In this document: in pieces, positions 39,431 through 50,470 of the stretch
Numbering within the stretch: the stretch's first letter is position 1
Layout: every line of letters starts with the position of its first letter
Notes under the pieces: generated by a model
The model's input: only the letters and a program-made list of their open reading frames with translations
Database searches by the model: none
What the model was told of the DNA's origin: nothing
Program-made: the position numbers and the translations under genes
NCBI GenBank assembly: GCA_029251005.1
Contig: JAQXEE010000157.1
Location: forward strand, 645-64,644
Reading direction: 5' to 3'
Length of the DNA stretch: 64,000 nucleotides
From: Flavobacteriales bacterium
GTDB taxonomy: Bacteria; Bacteroidota; Bacteroidia; Flavobacteriales_C; GCA-002722245

Positions 39431-41077
39431 ATGGAAGAAGAAAGATCATTAAACTTTATCGAACAAATAATTCAGGGTGATTTATCATCAGGTAAACACC
39501 AAAATATCTACACACGATTCCCACCAGAACCAAATGGATATTTGCATATTGGGCATGCAAAAGCAATTTGCTTAAACTTTGGTTTAGGTGAGCAATATAA
39601 AGGAAAAGTTAACCTCCGTTTTGATGATACGAATCCAACTGCAGAAAAGCAAGAATACGTTGACGCAATTAAGGAGAATATTGAATGGTTGGGTTTTAAT
39701 TGGGAAAAGGAATTACATACTTCAGATCATTTTGACCAGCTTTACGCTTATGCAGTTCAGTTGATTAAACAAGGTGATGCTTATGTTTGTGAACAATCAG
39801 CCGAAGAGATTGCTGCGTATAAGGGGAATCACTCTGAGCCAGGTAAACCAAGTCCATTTAGAGATCGTTCGGTTGAAGAAAATCTAGCTGCATTTGAAAA
39901 AATGAAAGCTGGAGAAGTTGAAGAGGGAAAAATGATATTGAGAGCTAAAATTGATATGGCTCATGATAACATGCATATGCGTGATCCGTTGATGTACAGA
40001 ATTATTAAAAAAGATCACCACAGGACTGGGGATAAGTGGTGTATTTACCCAATTTACGATTACGCTCACGGTGTAAGTGATGCTATTGAGGGGATTACAC
40101 ATTCGGTTTGTACGTTAGAATTTGAAGTTCATCGTCCGTTATATGATTGGTTTAACAGTAAGTTAAACACAGCTGCTCAGCCTCAACAAATCGAAATGGC
40201 TAGATTAAATATCTCGAATTCTGTAACAAGTAAGCGTAAGGTGAAGAGATTAATTGATGAGGGTGTTGTTGACGGATGGGATGACCCTAGGTTAACAACT
40301 TTGGCGGGGATTAGAAGAAGAGGAATTCCCGCGCAAGCAATTAGAGATTTGGCTGAAGGAATTGGTGTTTCGAAAAGAAACTCAATTACTGAAATGTCGA
40401 GATTAGATTTTTATACGCGTCAGTTTTTAAATAAATCAGCGAATAGAGTAATGGCTGTTTTGGATCCTTTAAAAGTAACGATCACAAATTACGAGGAAGG
40501 GAAAGAGGAGATGTGTGACGCTAAAAATAATCCTGAAGATGAATCTGCAGGATTGCGCCAAATGCCTTTATGTAGAGACTTATATATTGAACGCGCGGAT
40601 TTCATGGAAGATGCCCCAAAGAAGTTTTTCCGATTAACAAATGGGAAAGAAGTTCGTTTCAAACATGGGTATTATATTACTTGTAATGAAGTAATAAAAG
40701 ATGCTGAAGGTAATATTACAGAGTTATTGTGTACTTACGACCCAACTACAAAGGGAGGTTGGAGTGATGACGGAAGAAAAATTAAAGGAACAATCCATTG
40801 GGTTAGCGCTAAGCATGCGTTAAAGGCTAAGATTAACCTTTATGAAGGGTTGTTTAATTCTGAGAATCCTGAAGAAGGAGGAAGAGATTTTATGGATGAT
40901 ATTAATCCAAATTCTTTGGACGTAATTGAAGCCTTTGTTGAACCGTCTGTAAAAACTTTAACACCAGGAACTACAGTTCAATTTGATAGAACTGGTTACT
41001 TCTGTATTGATAAAGATTCAACACCTGATAATATCATTTTAAATAGAACAGTTACTTTAAAAGCTAAAAAGAAGTAA
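39431..41077 (+). CDS. glnS: Glutaminyl-tRNA synthetase
   Basis: Class I HIGH motif (PEPNGYLHIGHAKA), TSKRK (KMSKS-equivalent). Size and C-terminal anticodon-binding beta-barrels fit GlnRS. Confidence 0.8.
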   Translation: MEEERSLNFIEQIIQGDLSSGKHQNIYTRFPPEPNGYLHIGHAKAICLNFGLGEQYKGKVNLRFDDTNPTAEKQEYVDAIKENIEWLGFNWEKELHTSDHFDQLYAYAVQLIKQGDAYVCEQSAEEIAAYKGNHSEPGKPSPFRDRSVEENLAAFEKMKAGEVEEGKMILRAKIDMAHDNMHMRDPLMYRIIKKDHHRTGDKWCIYPIYDYAHGVSDAIEGITHSVCTLEFEVHRPLYDWFNSKLNTAAQPQQIEMARLNISNSVTSKRKVKRLIDEGVVDGWDDPRLTTLAGIRRRGIPAQAIRDLAEGIGVSKRNSITEMSRLDFYTRQFLNKSANRVMAVLDPLKVTITNYEEGKEEMCDAKNNPEDESAGLRQMPLCRDLYIERADFMEDAPKKFFRLTNGKEVRFKHGYYITCNEVIKDAEGNITELLCTYDPTTKGGWSDDGRKIKGTIHWVSAKHALKAKINLYEGLFNSENPEEGGRDFMDDINPNSLDVIEAFVEPSVKTLTPGTTVQFDRTGYFCIDKDSTPDNIILNRTVTLKAKKK

Positions 41078-41427
41078 TGAGCACGATTTGTATAAATAAC
41101 TTAAAAGTATATGCTTACCATGGAGTTTTTGAAGTGGAGCGTAAAGTTGGACAATGGTATATCGTTAATTTAGAAGTAGACGTAGAGTTTACCGAAGCTG
41201 CGATTAAGGATACTATTGAAGGGACTGTTGATTATTCTAAATTAAGCGATATGATTCGTGATGAAATGAAGACTAAATCAAAGTTAATTGAGAATGTGGC
41301 ACATAGAATTGCTACAAGATTATTGCGTGAGTTTCCTCAAGTGGAATCGGGAACTTTATCGTTAGCTAAACAAAACCCACCTATTCAAGGGGAAATGGAG
41401 AGTTTTGAAGTGGTGATTGAGTTGTAG
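41077..41427 (+). CDS. folB: Dihydroneopterin aldolase
   Basis: LKVYAYHGVFEVERKVGQ motif, 116 aa. Confidence 0.8.
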   Translation: MSTICINNLKVYAYHGVFEVERKVGQWYIVNLEVDVEFTEAAIKDTIEGTVDYSKLSDMIRDEMKTKSKLIENVAHRIATRLLREFPQVESGTLSLAKQNPPIQGEMESFEVVIEL

Positions 41428-41601
41428 TATTTATTGTGTTTTTATTCTGATATTTGATTTTTTAGACTTGATTTTTCTCTTTTAATTCAATACTCAATCT
41501 TGAATTAAAATCAAAAGTTGCACTGTATCAAAAAAATAACAGGCAAACAGGATATTCCAACTGTAAAATACTTCGCTAAAAATGAGGAGGTCAACTCTTA
41601 A

Positions 41602-42933
41602 TTAAGCAAGTAAATCTTCAATCGCTTTCTCAATTTTAGAACTATCAATCTTAGCAAAGTTCTCATCCATTTTTGCCTTGATGTTCTCAGTGCAAAGATT
41701 TCCGATTGATCCTTCGTGCGTATGATTCACTTCTTTATTAGGAGTGAAATTCCCTGCTTCTATTTCTAAACCAACTTGTTTGTATGACTCACGGAAGGGA
41801 GTTCCTTCTAAAACACGCTTATTTACTTCTTCAACACTAAACAAATAATCGTATTTTTTGTCATCTAAAATGTTTTTATTTACGGAGATATTAGGAACCA
41901 TTAACAAAGCTATTTCTAAACAGGCTTTGATTTCTTTAAAAGCATAAATATACTTTTCTTTCAATAATTGTAAATCGCGGAAATAGCCAGTAGTCAAATT
42001 ACCCATTATTGCTGCTAATTCTCCCGGAATAGCTTGTAGCTTATTACATTTACCACGCATTAATTCAAATACATCTGGGTTCTTCTTGTGTGGCATAATG
42101 CTCGATCCAGTTGTAAATTCATTGGGTACTTTAATGAAGTCGAAATTTTGACTCATGTACATACATGAATCTGCAGCAAATTTCATCAATGTAGTAGCCA
42201 AAGCGCTAATTGCATAAGCGACAGTACGTTCAGTTTTTCCACGTGTCATTTGAGCATAAACAACATTATAATGTAAGTCTTCAAAACCTAATAATTCAGT
42301 AGTTCTTGATCGGTTGATAGGAAATGAGGATCCATAACCAGCAGCAGAACCTAATGGGTTTTGATTTGTGAAACGGAAAGCTGTTGCTAGTAAGTCCATA
42401 TCGTCCGCTAATGATTCAGCATGAGCGCCAAACCATAAACCAAAAGAAGAAGGCATTGCAACTTGTAAATGCGTATATCCAGGAACTAAAACATTTTTAT
42501 TTGCTTCACTTTGATCTTGGAAAGCTTCGAATAATTTTTTGGTAAGATTTGAAATTTGAATTATTTCACTTCTACCGTATAATTTTAGATCTACCAAAAC
42601 TTGATCATTTCTTGATCGAGCACTGTGAACCTTTTTACCAATATCACCTAGGCGCTCAGTAAGTAATGCCTCAACTTGTGAATGAACATCTTCCGTTCCT
42701 GGAAGGATCTCAAAAGAACCGTCTTGAGTCGATTTATAAATTTCGCCCAGCTCTTTTTTAAGTGCAGGAAGTTCTTCTTTCTCTAACAAACCAACTTCGG
42801 TAAGCATAGTCACATGCGCTATATTTCCTAATACATCAAAAGGTGCAAGGTGCATATCTAATTCGGCATCGTTTCCAATTGTAAAGTCTTCAATTGCTTT
42901 ATCAACATTAAACCCTTTGTCCCAAAGTTTCAT
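41602..42933 (-). CDS. argH: Argininosuccinate lyase
   Basis: Fumarate-lyase signature GSSIMPHKKNPDVFE. Confidence 0.9.
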   Translation of the reverse strand: MKLWDKGFNVDKAIEDFTIGNDAELDMHLAPFDVLGNIAHVTMLTEVGLLEKEELPALKKELGEIYKSTQDGSFEILPGTEDVHSQVEALLTERLGDIGKKVHSARSRNDQVLVDLKLYGRSEIIQISNLTKKLFEAFQDQSEANKNVLVPGYTHLQVAMPSSFGLWFGAHAESLADDMDLLATAFRFTNQNPLGSAAGYGSSFPINRSRTTELLGFEDLHYNVVYAQMTRGKTERTVAYAISALATTLMKFAADSCMYMSQNFDFIKVPNEFTTGSSIMPHKKNPDVFELMRGKCNKLQAIPGELAAIMGNLTTGYFRDLQLLKEKYIYAFKEIKACLEIALLMVPNISVNKNILDDKKYDYLFSVEEVNKRVLEGTPFRESYKQVGLEIEAGNFTPNKEVNHTHEGSIGNLCTENIKAKMDENFAKIDSSKIEKAIEDLLA

Positions 42934-42986
42934 AATAGTATGTTTTGAAATGCAAAAATAATTAAATCTATGCGGAAATCCTTCCT

Positions 42987-44177
42987 TTACTTAATTCTTC
43001 GAATAGGAATTAAGGAAGCTAAAGCTCCAATAGTATTAATTACCATTACAATAATTAGTATATCTCTGATCTGAAGATCAACAGGAAAGCAATCTAGCCC
43101 ACTAGTTGTACCGTATGCAAATAAGCAAAAATTATTTTGTAATATGATTAGTGTAACCCCAATTGCTAAACCAAGTAATGAACCAATTACAGAAATTAAA
43201 CTTCCTTCTAACCAAAAGATAAATCGAATTTGTTTAAGGTTTGCACCCATGCTTTGTAAAACAAAAATATCTTTTTGTTTATCGATTACGAGCATAGTTA
43301 AAGAACCGATTACATTAAATATAGCAAGTACAATAACTAACGATAAAATGAGAAGAGTTATCCATTTTTCGGCATTAATAGACTTAAAAAGGAATTCATT
43401 TTGCTCAAACCTTGTTTTAACTTTGAATTTTTCACCTACTAATGTTTGAATTTCTTTTTTTATCGTAGTTGGATCAAGTAGGGTGTCGATTCCGATTTCA
43501 ATTGAATTTATATTATTTTCGATTCCTAATAATTTTCTAGCTTGATCAATGGAGACAATAATATACTTGCTATTAAAATCTCCATTGATATCAAAAATTC
43601 CTCTTGGGTAAGTTGTAATCGACCGAAACAATTCTGAAGGTCCCGATGAATTTCCAATTAAGTTGGGAATGTAAATTCTTAATGGCAAATTTGAATCGGT
43701 AATAACACCTAGTTTATAGGCAATGTTAATTCCCAAGACACTTTCGTTTGGTCCTCCAACAAATGGACCGTAGTATCCTTCGATAATTTTGGTATCTATG
43801 TTCGTTATTTTTTGAAAATGATTTGAAACGCCTTTTATTGTCGCAACCTCTTGGTTGTCTTTGTATTTTAAAAGAGCAGTTTCTTCTAGCGAATAGGACA
43901 GTCCTCTTACACCGTCGTAGTTCTCTAAAAGAGATAGTGGGATTTGATCAGGAGAAAACCGTCTTCCGTTTTTTGATTCAATCTTTAAATCAGGATCAAA
44001 ATTGGTGTAAAGATCCATCACTGAAGATGATAAACCATTCATAGCCGAAAGAATAACTACCAAAGCGCACGCAACAATTCCAACTACCGATACAGAGATC
44101 CAAGTAATCCAATTAATTACATTATTTTTTTTTCGTGAAAAAAGATAACGAAGCGCTATTGTTAGTGAAAACCTCAA
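42987..44177 (-). CDS. FtsX-like ABC transporter permease (LolC/E-like)
   Basis: N-terminal TM, large periplasmic MacB-like domain, C-terminal 3-TM FtsX domain. Paired with rbfA, as in Flavobacteriia. Confidence 0.75.
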   Translation of the reverse strand: MRFSLTIALRYLFSRKKNNVINWITWISVSVVGIVACALVVILSAMNGLSSSVMDLYTNFDPDLKIESKNGRRFSPDQIPLSLLENYDGVRGLSYSLEETALLKYKDNQEVATIKGVSNHFQKITNIDTKIIEGYYGPFVGGPNESVLGINIAYKLGVITDSNLPLRIYIPNLIGNSSGPSELFRSITTYPRGIFDINGDFNSKYIIVSIDQARKLLGIENNINSIEIGIDTLLDPTTIKKEIQTLVGEKFKVKTRFEQNEFLFKSINAEKWITLLILSLVIVLAIFNVIGSLTMLVIDKQKDIFVLQSMGANLKQIRFIFWLEGSLISVIGSLLGLAIGVTLIILQNNFCLFAYGTTSGLDCFPVDLQIRDILIIVMVINTIGALASLIPIRRIK

Positions 44178-44178
44178 G

Positions 44179-44514
44179 TTATTCTTTCAAAAGCTTATCT
44201 ATTTCTTCGTAGTAATCTAAGGAATCATCGATAAAAAATTGAAAAGAAGGAACCTTTCTCATCTGGTGTCTAACTTTTTTAGCGATTATATGTCTTATTT
44301 CTCTTGTTTGACTTTGTATTAATTTTAAAGACTCTTGTGAATTATTTCCAAAAATACTAAGGTGCACTTTAGCGTAAGATAAGTCACTAGTAACTTTTAC
44401 AGAGGTAACTGTTATAAAGGCTCCTCCAAACATAGTTTTTGCTTCACGCTGAAATAATGTTGCTAAATCTTGCTTTAAAACATTACCAATTTTTTCTTGT
44501 CTTCTACCTTCCAT
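44179..44514 (-). CDS. rbfA: Ribosome-binding factor A
   Basis: 111 aa. RbfA-like KH fold pattern (VTSVKVTSDLSYAKVHLSIFG). Confidence 0.7.
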   Translation of the reverse strand: MEGRRQEKIGNVLKQDLATLFQREAKTMFGGAFITVTSVKVTSDLSYAKVHLSIFGNNSQESLKLIQSQTREIRHIIAKKVRHQMRKVPSFQFFIDDSLDYYEEIDKLLKE

Positions 44515-44688
44515 ATTGTGCTTGGGGAATTATTAGTAAATGCAAAGTTAACAATGTGATTTTTAACTTCACATACGAATACCAAACTTACACCGTTTAT
44601 GTATCTTTGCAATATATAAATAAAAATAATTCTTTAATTTGGTCGTTGGAAATTAAATGCGACCAATAATTAATAAAGTAGATAAAAA

Positions 44689-45489
44689 ATGAAAAAAATT
44701 ATTTCAACTTTAACGCTTTCGTTAACCTTAATTTTAGGTTTAGTAAGCACAAATTCAGTTTATGCGAACGCTGATTCGGCAACTGCGGAAATTACTACTC
44801 AAGTGTCAAGTGTAGTTCAAACACCCGAAACAAAAGAAGACATAGAAGGCGGTCAAGCGCCTTCATTTACCCAAGTGGTAAAGAAAAGATTTATAGAAGG
44901 TGGAGTTAACTTTATGATTATGGTTTTAGCCTGTTTAATCCTAGGGATTGCAACTGCTATTGAAAGGATTATTTACTTGAGTTTATCAAATGTTAATACT
45001 AAGAAAGTTTTACAACAAGTTGAAGAAGCTTTAAATACAAGTGGTGTTGAAGGGGCTAAAGAAGTTTGTAGAAATACTAGAGGACCAGTTGGTGCTATTT
45101 TTTATGACGGTTTAACAAGAGCTGATGAAGGGGTTGAGCAAGTTGAAAAAGCAGTGATTGCAGGTGGATCTGTACAAATGGGATTAATGGAAAAAGGGAT
45201 TTCTTGGATTTCATTATTTATAGCATTGGCACCGATGTTAGGGTTTTTAGGAACTGTACTGGGTATGATTGGAGCGTTTGATTCCATAGCTGAAGCTGGT
45301 GGTATTGAGGCGTCGGCAATGGCAGGCGATATTAAAATGGCTTTAATTACTACTGTTGCAGGTTTAATTGTAGCGATTATCCTTCAAGTATTCTATAACG
45401 TAGTTGTTGCTAAAATCGACAATTTGGTAAACCAAATGGAAGACGCGTCAAATGCATTTATAAAGGTTGTTCAAAATAAAATTGGTTAA
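44689..45489 (+). CDS. exbB: MotA/TolQ/ExbB proton-channel family protein (Bacteroidetes long form with signal peptide)
   Basis: Signal peptide, periplasmic segment, three TM helices with a conserved C-terminal region. Confidence 0.8.
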   Translation: MKKIISTLTLSLTLILGLVSTNSVYANADSATAEITTQVSSVVQTPETKEDIEGGQAPSFTQVVKKRFIEGGVNFMIMVLACLILGIATAIERIIYLSLSNVNTKKVLQQVEEALNTSGVEGAKEVCRNTRGPVGAIFYDGLTRADEGVEQVEKAVIAGGSVQMGLMEKGISWISLFIALAPMLGFLGTVLGMIGAFDSIAEAGGIEASAMAGDIKMALITTVAGLIVAIILQVFYNVVVAKIDNLVNQMEDASNAFIKVVQNKIG

Positions 45490-45509
45490 TCCAATCTGAT
45501 ATTTTCGTT

Positions 45510-45905
45510 ATGGAAAACACACTAAAAATTGGAAAATACTCTCTGATCGGAATCGTTTGGTTGTTTATTATTTTGACCTTGACAGGTTCTATTGATGAAA
45601 TGACTTTAATTCAATTCTCATTGGTATTATGTTATGCGATCGCTATAATTACTATTGGTTTTGCTATTTTTAATTTCGCAGAAAATCCAAGGTCGGGTAT
45701 TAAATTCATCATTAGTTTTTTATCATTGGGCCTTATTATATTCATTGGTTATAGTGCTTCTACAGATTCTTTTGACCCTGAAACAGGAGCATTAATAGCA
45801 GGAAGTAAATTTACTGAGGGAGGAATATATACTTTCTATACGGTTACGATTATAGCAGTGGTTTTGATTTTCTTGTCTGAAATAAAAAGGTTGTTAAAAC
45901 TATAA
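45510..45905 (+). CDS. Four-TM membrane protein of unknown function inside the exbB-exbD operon
   Basis: Hydrophobic ORF filling the gap between exbB and exbD. No overlap. Confidence 0.45.
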   Translation: MENTLKIGKYSLIGIVWLFIILTLTGSIDEMTLIQFSLVLCYAIAIITIGFAIFNFAENPRSGIKFIISFLSLGLIIFIGYSASTDSFDPETGALIAGSKFTEGGIYTFYTVTIIAVVLIFLSEIKRLLKL

Positions 45906-45908
45906 GGA

Positions 45909-46589
45909 ATGGGAAGAAGACAATCACCAGAAGTTAATGCAGGATCGATGGCTGATATAGCCTTTCTTTTACTTATTTTCTTTTTAGTTACTTCAGAGAT
46001 GAGTAAGGAGGCTGGTATGTTTCAATTACTTCCTGAAAAAACTACAGATTCAACACCTCCAAAAAAAATTAATGAGCGAAATATTATTAATGTCTTAGCT
46101 CGTGAAAACGATGAATTAATGTTCGATGGAGAGTCCGTATCACTAAATCAGATTAAAGAATTGATTAAAGAACGAATCCTGAATGAGGGTAACAATTCTA
46201 ACTGGCCCGAGAATAAGGTAGCGGATCTTAACAAGATTAAAGAAAGAATTGCGATTAATCGAAAGAACTTAGAGGAAACCACTATTGAAAAACAAGTCTC
46301 TAATGAACGTAAGCTTAAAAAGGCAGAGTTAAGACTGAAAGCTTTTGAGTTGTTTGGAAATGATTTTAAAACATCTGAACATGTTATCAATTTACAAGCA
46401 ACCCAAGGAGCAGATTATCAGACTTATATTTCTTTAAAAGATGAGTTAAAGCAAGCTTATACTGAGTTGAGAAGTGAGTTAGCAAAAAAGAAGTTGGGTA
46501 GAGGTTGGAATGACTTAAACTTAGAAGAAAAAGGAATGTTGAAAATGGTGTACAAGGAAAATATTTCTGAAGCTCCAGTTGTTCAATAA
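45909..46589 (+). CDS. exbD: ExbD/TolR biopolymer transport protein (long form)
   Basis: ADIAFLLLIFFLVTS TM signature, followed by a long periplasmic domain. Confidence 0.7.
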   Translation: MGRRQSPEVNAGSMADIAFLLLIFFLVTSEMSKEAGMFQLLPEKTTDSTPPKKINERNIINVLARENDELMFDGESVSLNQIKELIKERILNEGNNSNWPENKVADLNKIKERIAINRKNLEETTIEKQVSNERKLKKAELRLKAFELFGNDFKTSEHVINLQATQGADYQTYISLKDELKQAYTELRSELAKKKLGRGWNDLNLEEKGMLKMVYKENISEAPVVQ

Positions 46590-46604
46590 AAAGAGATAAT
46601 TGAT

Positions 46605-47105
46605 ATGTCAAAATTTGACGGAGGTAAAAAGAAAAAAGATGGCCCAGCTATATCAACAGCATCCTTACCGGATATTGTATTTATGTTGTTGTTCTTTTTT
46701 ATGGTTGCTACAAACTCAAAAGATAATGAGGCCAGTGTGATGGTTTCATTACCAAGTGCTGTAGAAACAGGTAAATTAGAAGATAAGACTCCTACGGCGT
46801 ATATTCAGTTGGGAATCCCTGTAAAAGCGATGCAAAAAATTTATGGGGATAAAACGGCTATTCAGTTGAATGATGCCATTAAAAGAAAGGAAGATATTCG
46901 GTTGTTTTTAGATGAGAAACGTGCAAGTATAAAAAGCACCTATGCAGAGGTAAGTCCCGAAATCGGAGTGTCTAAAGCAAAGCAAATGATTGTGTGTTTA
47001 AAGGTGGATAAAAAGACTAAACTTGGTGTTGTGAGTGAAGTTAAAGAGGAGTTAAGAGATGGAGCAGCATTAAAAATTAATTACATAGTAAACGAAACAA
47101 AATAA
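46605..47105 (+). CDS. exbD: ExbD/TolR biopolymer transport protein
   Basis: PDIVFMLLFFFMVAT TM signature, 166 aa. Confidence 0.75.
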   Translation: MSKFDGGKKKKDGPAISTASLPDIVFMLLFFFMVATNSKDNEASVMVSLPSAVETGKLEDKTPTAYIQLGIPVKAMQKIYGDKTAIQLNDAIKRKEDIRLFLDEKRASIKSTYAEVSPEIGVSKAKQMIVCLKVDKKTKLGVVSEVKEELRDGAALKINYIVNETK

Positions 47106-47202
47106 TAAACAACTTTTGTTCAGAATATCCGTAAGCCATTTCTCGTAAAAGAAGTGGCTTTTTTATTTCATGTCTTTTTTACTCCTTAAAGTATAATTTT
47201 AG

Positions 47203-47883
47203 ATGTCGATAATTCTTGATCAAGTAGCATTAGTGGGAAGAACTTACAATGAGTATAAGCGAATGTTTGATGTTACAAAAGACTCTTTGGAAGGAAAAAA
47301 AGTTTTGGATGTTGCTGCTGGAGTTAGTAGTTTTTGTGCAATTGGAAATGCAGTTGGATTAAATATCACAGCAGTTGATCCTGCTTACTATTATATGGCA
47401 GATGAAATAGAAATTAAAGCTGAAGAAGATTTAGATACACTATTAACTAAATTAGCCTTTAACAAAGCACATTACAATTGGGATTTTTATCACGATATTG
47501 AAGGAGTTCGAATTAGTAGATTTAAAGCATACCAAACCTTTTTGAAGGATTATCAGTCCAATCCTTCTCGTTATATTCCAGGTGAAGTTAGTAAGCTACC
47601 TTTTGAAGATAAGGAGTTTGACACTACTTTAGTTTCGCATCTAATGTTTTTATATGACCACCTTTTTACTGAAGAAGAACAAATAGCAATTTTTAGAGAA
47701 TTGATTCGTGTTACAAAAAATGAAATAATCATTTTTCCAACCAAAAACTTGAGTGGTCAAAACTCTAAATGGGTTGATCTTATCGTTAAAAACACTGAGT
47801 TTTTAGAGCATACTTTCCGATTGGAAGAGGCACAATTCGAATTTCAAAAAGGAAATTCTTTAAGACTAAGAGTTACAGTTTAG
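47203..47883 (+). CDS. Putative class I SAM-dependent methyltransferase
   Basis: Motif I VLDVAAGVSSF, post-I AVDP, motif II FDTTLVSHLMF, motif III-like LIRVTKNEIIIF. Confidence 0.5.
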   Translation: MSIILDQVALVGRTYNEYKRMFDVTKDSLEGKKVLDVAAGVSSFCAIGNAVGLNITAVDPAYYYMADEIEIKAEEDLDTLLTKLAFNKAHYNWDFYHDIEGVRISRFKAYQTFLKDYQSNPSRYIPGEVSKLPFEDKEFDTTLVSHLMFLYDHLFTEEEQIAIFRELIRVTKNEIIIFPTKNLSGQNSKWVDLIVKNTEFLEHTFRLEEAQFEFQKGNSLRLRVTV

Positions 47884-47985
47884 CAATCTTATTTTAACCT
47901 TCAACAACAATAAGTGAATATTCTAAAGAGTTTATATACTAATCGAAATCTATAATCGCTTATTTTTAAGCTACAATCTTTAGGT

Positions 47986-48843
47986 ATGAGCAATTTTTCA
48001 GAAATTATTAGTCAATTACGGAATAATCAAGAAGCATTTGAGGCTAAATTGTCCAAGGTAGAAGATTTAGGAGCGAACGTTAGTGAGACTGTATTAAGGG
48101 ATTTAATTCAAAACTCGCGTGAATTACACGAAGGAACTGTAATTCTTTCTTACGTCGTTTTTAACGAGTCTAATAATACTGGTGAACAACTAGAAATTCC
48201 TTTAGAATTAGCTGAAAAAGAGTCTTCATTACCTAAACAAGAAAGTGTTTCAGAAGAGGAGGAGTTAATGAATGCTTTGGATCAAGCTTTGGAACACACT
48301 GAAAAAGATGTTGAAAAATCACAAATTTCATCAGAGTTCATATCGCATATTAAAGAAGTGAGAGAGATTATTAACGAAGAGGAAGGTGAGGGGCTTGCAG
48401 AGGAAGAAGTTGCTGAAGAGGCGATGTTAACCGAATCCGAAATTATTGAAGAAACTAAAGTTAGTGTTGAAGAGGAATCCCCTTCTCAAGAGCAATTAAC
48501 AGATGTATTGGAAGATGAGATATTGTCAATGATTTCAATGCATTCTAGTATCGCTTCAAGTGAGGTGGATGATGAGGATAATAGTTTAGCTGCAAAATTG
48601 GCAAAAACGAAAATAGAGAACTTAAATAGTGTAATTGGAATAAACGAGAAGTTTTTATTTACAAATGAATTATTTGATGGGAATACAGAGCAGTTTTTGA
48701 AAACCATCAGTGATTTAAATAATTGTGAATCTATCTCAGAAGCAAATTCTAAATTAGCTGGAATCTCAACCAAAAGAAATTGGAATCAAGAAGAAGAGCC
48801 ATTTCAGAAATTTCAATTGTTACTGCATAGAAAATATCAATAA
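47986..48843 (+). CDS. Acidic (Glu/Ser-rich) hypothetical protein
   Basis: 285 aa with a highly acidic central segment. No catalytic motifs. Confidence 0.4.
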   Translation: MSNFSEIISQLRNNQEAFEAKLSKVEDLGANVSETVLRDLIQNSRELHEGTVILSYVVFNESNNTGEQLEIPLELAEKESSLPKQESVSEEEELMNALDQALEHTEKDVEKSQISSEFISHIKEVREIINEEEGEGLAEEEVAEEAMLTESEIIEETKVSVEEESPSQEQLTDVLEDEILSMISMHSSIASSEVDDEDNSLAAKLAKTKIENLNSVIGINEKFLFTNELFDGNTEQFLKTISDLNNCESISEANSKLAGISTKRNWNQEEEPFQKFQLLLHRKYQ

Positions 48844-48857
48844 TATTAAATTTCACC

Positions 48858-49418
48858 ATGAATCAAGGAGTTAAAAAAGGGTCGATAGAAGTTATTACTG
48901 GGCCCATGTTTTCGGGTAAAACTGAAGAATTAATAAGAAGAGTGTCTCGTGCTGAAATAGCAAAAATCCCGTACATGTTATTCAAGCCGATGTTTGATAC
49001 ACGGTACTCAGAAACTGAGATTGTTTCACACGATAATAAAAGAATTGGAGCCAAGCCTGTGATGGACGCAAAGGAGATTTTAGGATTGTCAATTGATGCC
49101 GATATCGTTGGTATTGATGAAGCACAGTTTTTTAGTCCTGAGTTAGTTGAAACTTGTGTGAAGTTAGCCAATGGAGGAGTAAGGGTTATTGTTGCTGGAT
49201 TAGATATGGATTATTTGTCTAAACCATTTCAACCGATACCAAACTTATTAGGAGTTGCTGATAAGGTTACCAAATTAAAAGCAATTTGTATTGAATGCAA
49301 AGGTGATGCGAGTTTAACGCATAGAATTAACATTACAGCAGAGGAAAGATTAATGCTTGGGGAAAAAGATTCTTACGAACCACTTTGCCGTTCTTGTTAT
49401 ACAAAGTATCTTAAGTAA
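48858..49418 (+). CDS. tdk: Thymidine kinase
   Basis: P-loop [12 protein letters not shown]-terminal zinc ribbon CIECKG...CRSCY. Confidence 0.85.
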   Translation: MNQGVKKGSIEVITGPMFSGKTEELIRRVSRAEIAKIPYMLFKPMFDTRYSETEIVSHDNKRIGAKPVMDAKEILGLSIDADIVGIDEAQFFSPELVETCVKLANGGVRVIVAGLDMDYLSKPFQPIPNLLGVADKVTKLKAICIECKGDASLTHRINITAEERLMLGEKDSYEPLCRSCYTKYLK

Positions 49419-49420
49419 TA

Positions 49421-50446
49421 ATGAACGAAGCTTTAGATCCATCAGATGAACAATTGTCGAACCCAGAAATGGAGTTCGAAAAAGTATTACGTCCAAAAGC
49501 CTTTGAAGATTTCACAGGACAAAAAAAAGTGCTTGATAATTTATCCATTTTTGTGCAAGCTGCTTTAAAAAGAGAAGAAGCCTTGGATCATGTTTTATTG
49601 CATGGGCCTCCAGGTTTAGGAAAAACAACATTGGGTAATATCATCGCCAATGAGCTTGGAAGTAATATTAAATTGGTTTCAGGACCGATGCTAGACAAAC
49701 CAGGTGATTTGGCAGGACTATTAACCAATTTAGCTGAAGGTGATGTTTTGTTTATTGATGAGATTCATCGCTTAAGTCCTATTGTAGAGGAGTATTTATA
49801 CTCTGCTATGGAGGACTATAAAATTGACATTATGATTGATTCTGGTCCCAATGCGAGATCAGTTCAAATAGGTTTGGAACCTTTTACTTTAATTGGTGCT
49901 ACAACTCGTTCGGGTTTATTAACTTCACCATTGAGGGCTCGTTTTGGAATTAATTGTAGGCTCGAATATTATGATACTGAATTATTACAGTTGATTATAT
50001 TACGCTCTGCGGATTTACTTAATGTACCAATAGAAGACGATGCTGCGTTTGAAATATCAAGAAGGAGTAGAGGTACTCCTCGAATAGCAAACGCATTATT
50101 AAGAAGAGTACGTGATTTCGCTGAAATTAAAGGAGACGGGACTATAACCATGAAAGTAACGAATCATGCTTTAAAAGCATTGAATGTTGATGAAAATGGT
50201 TTAGATGATATGGATATTAGAATCCTGACAACGATAATAGATAAATTCAAAGGGGGACCTGTTGGAATAAATACAATTGCAACTGCAGTTGGAGAGGACG
50301 CGGGAACAATTGAAGAGGTTTATGAGCCATTCTTAATTATGGAAGGATTTATTAATCGAACACAAAGAGGTAGAGAAGTTACTGAACAAGCATACAAACA
50401 TTTAGGAATAAACTATCACGGTACACAAGGTGGATTATTTTCCTGA
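49421..50446 (+). CDS. ruvB: Holliday junction branch-migration helicase RuvB
   Basis: [28 protein letters not shown], sensor regions and a C-terminal winged helix. Confidence 0.95.
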   Translation: MNEALDPSDEQLSNPEMEFEKVLRPKAFEDFTGQKKVLDNLSIFVQAALKREEALDHVLLHGPPGLGKTTLGNIIANELGSNIKLVSGPMLDKPGDLAGLLTNLAEGDVLFIDEIHRLSPIVEEYLYSAMEDYKIDIMIDSGPNARSVQIGLEPFTLIGATTRSGLLTSPLRARFGINCRLEYYDTELLQLIILRSADLLNVPIEDDAAFEISRRSRGTPRIANALLRRVRDFAEIKGDGTITMKVTNHALKALNVDENGLDDMDIRILTTIIDKFKGGPVGINTIATAVGEDAGTIEEVYEPFLIMEGFINRTQRGREVTEQAYKHLGINYHGTQGGLFS

Positions 50447-50470
50447 TTCAATATTAGTAGTTTTACGCAT

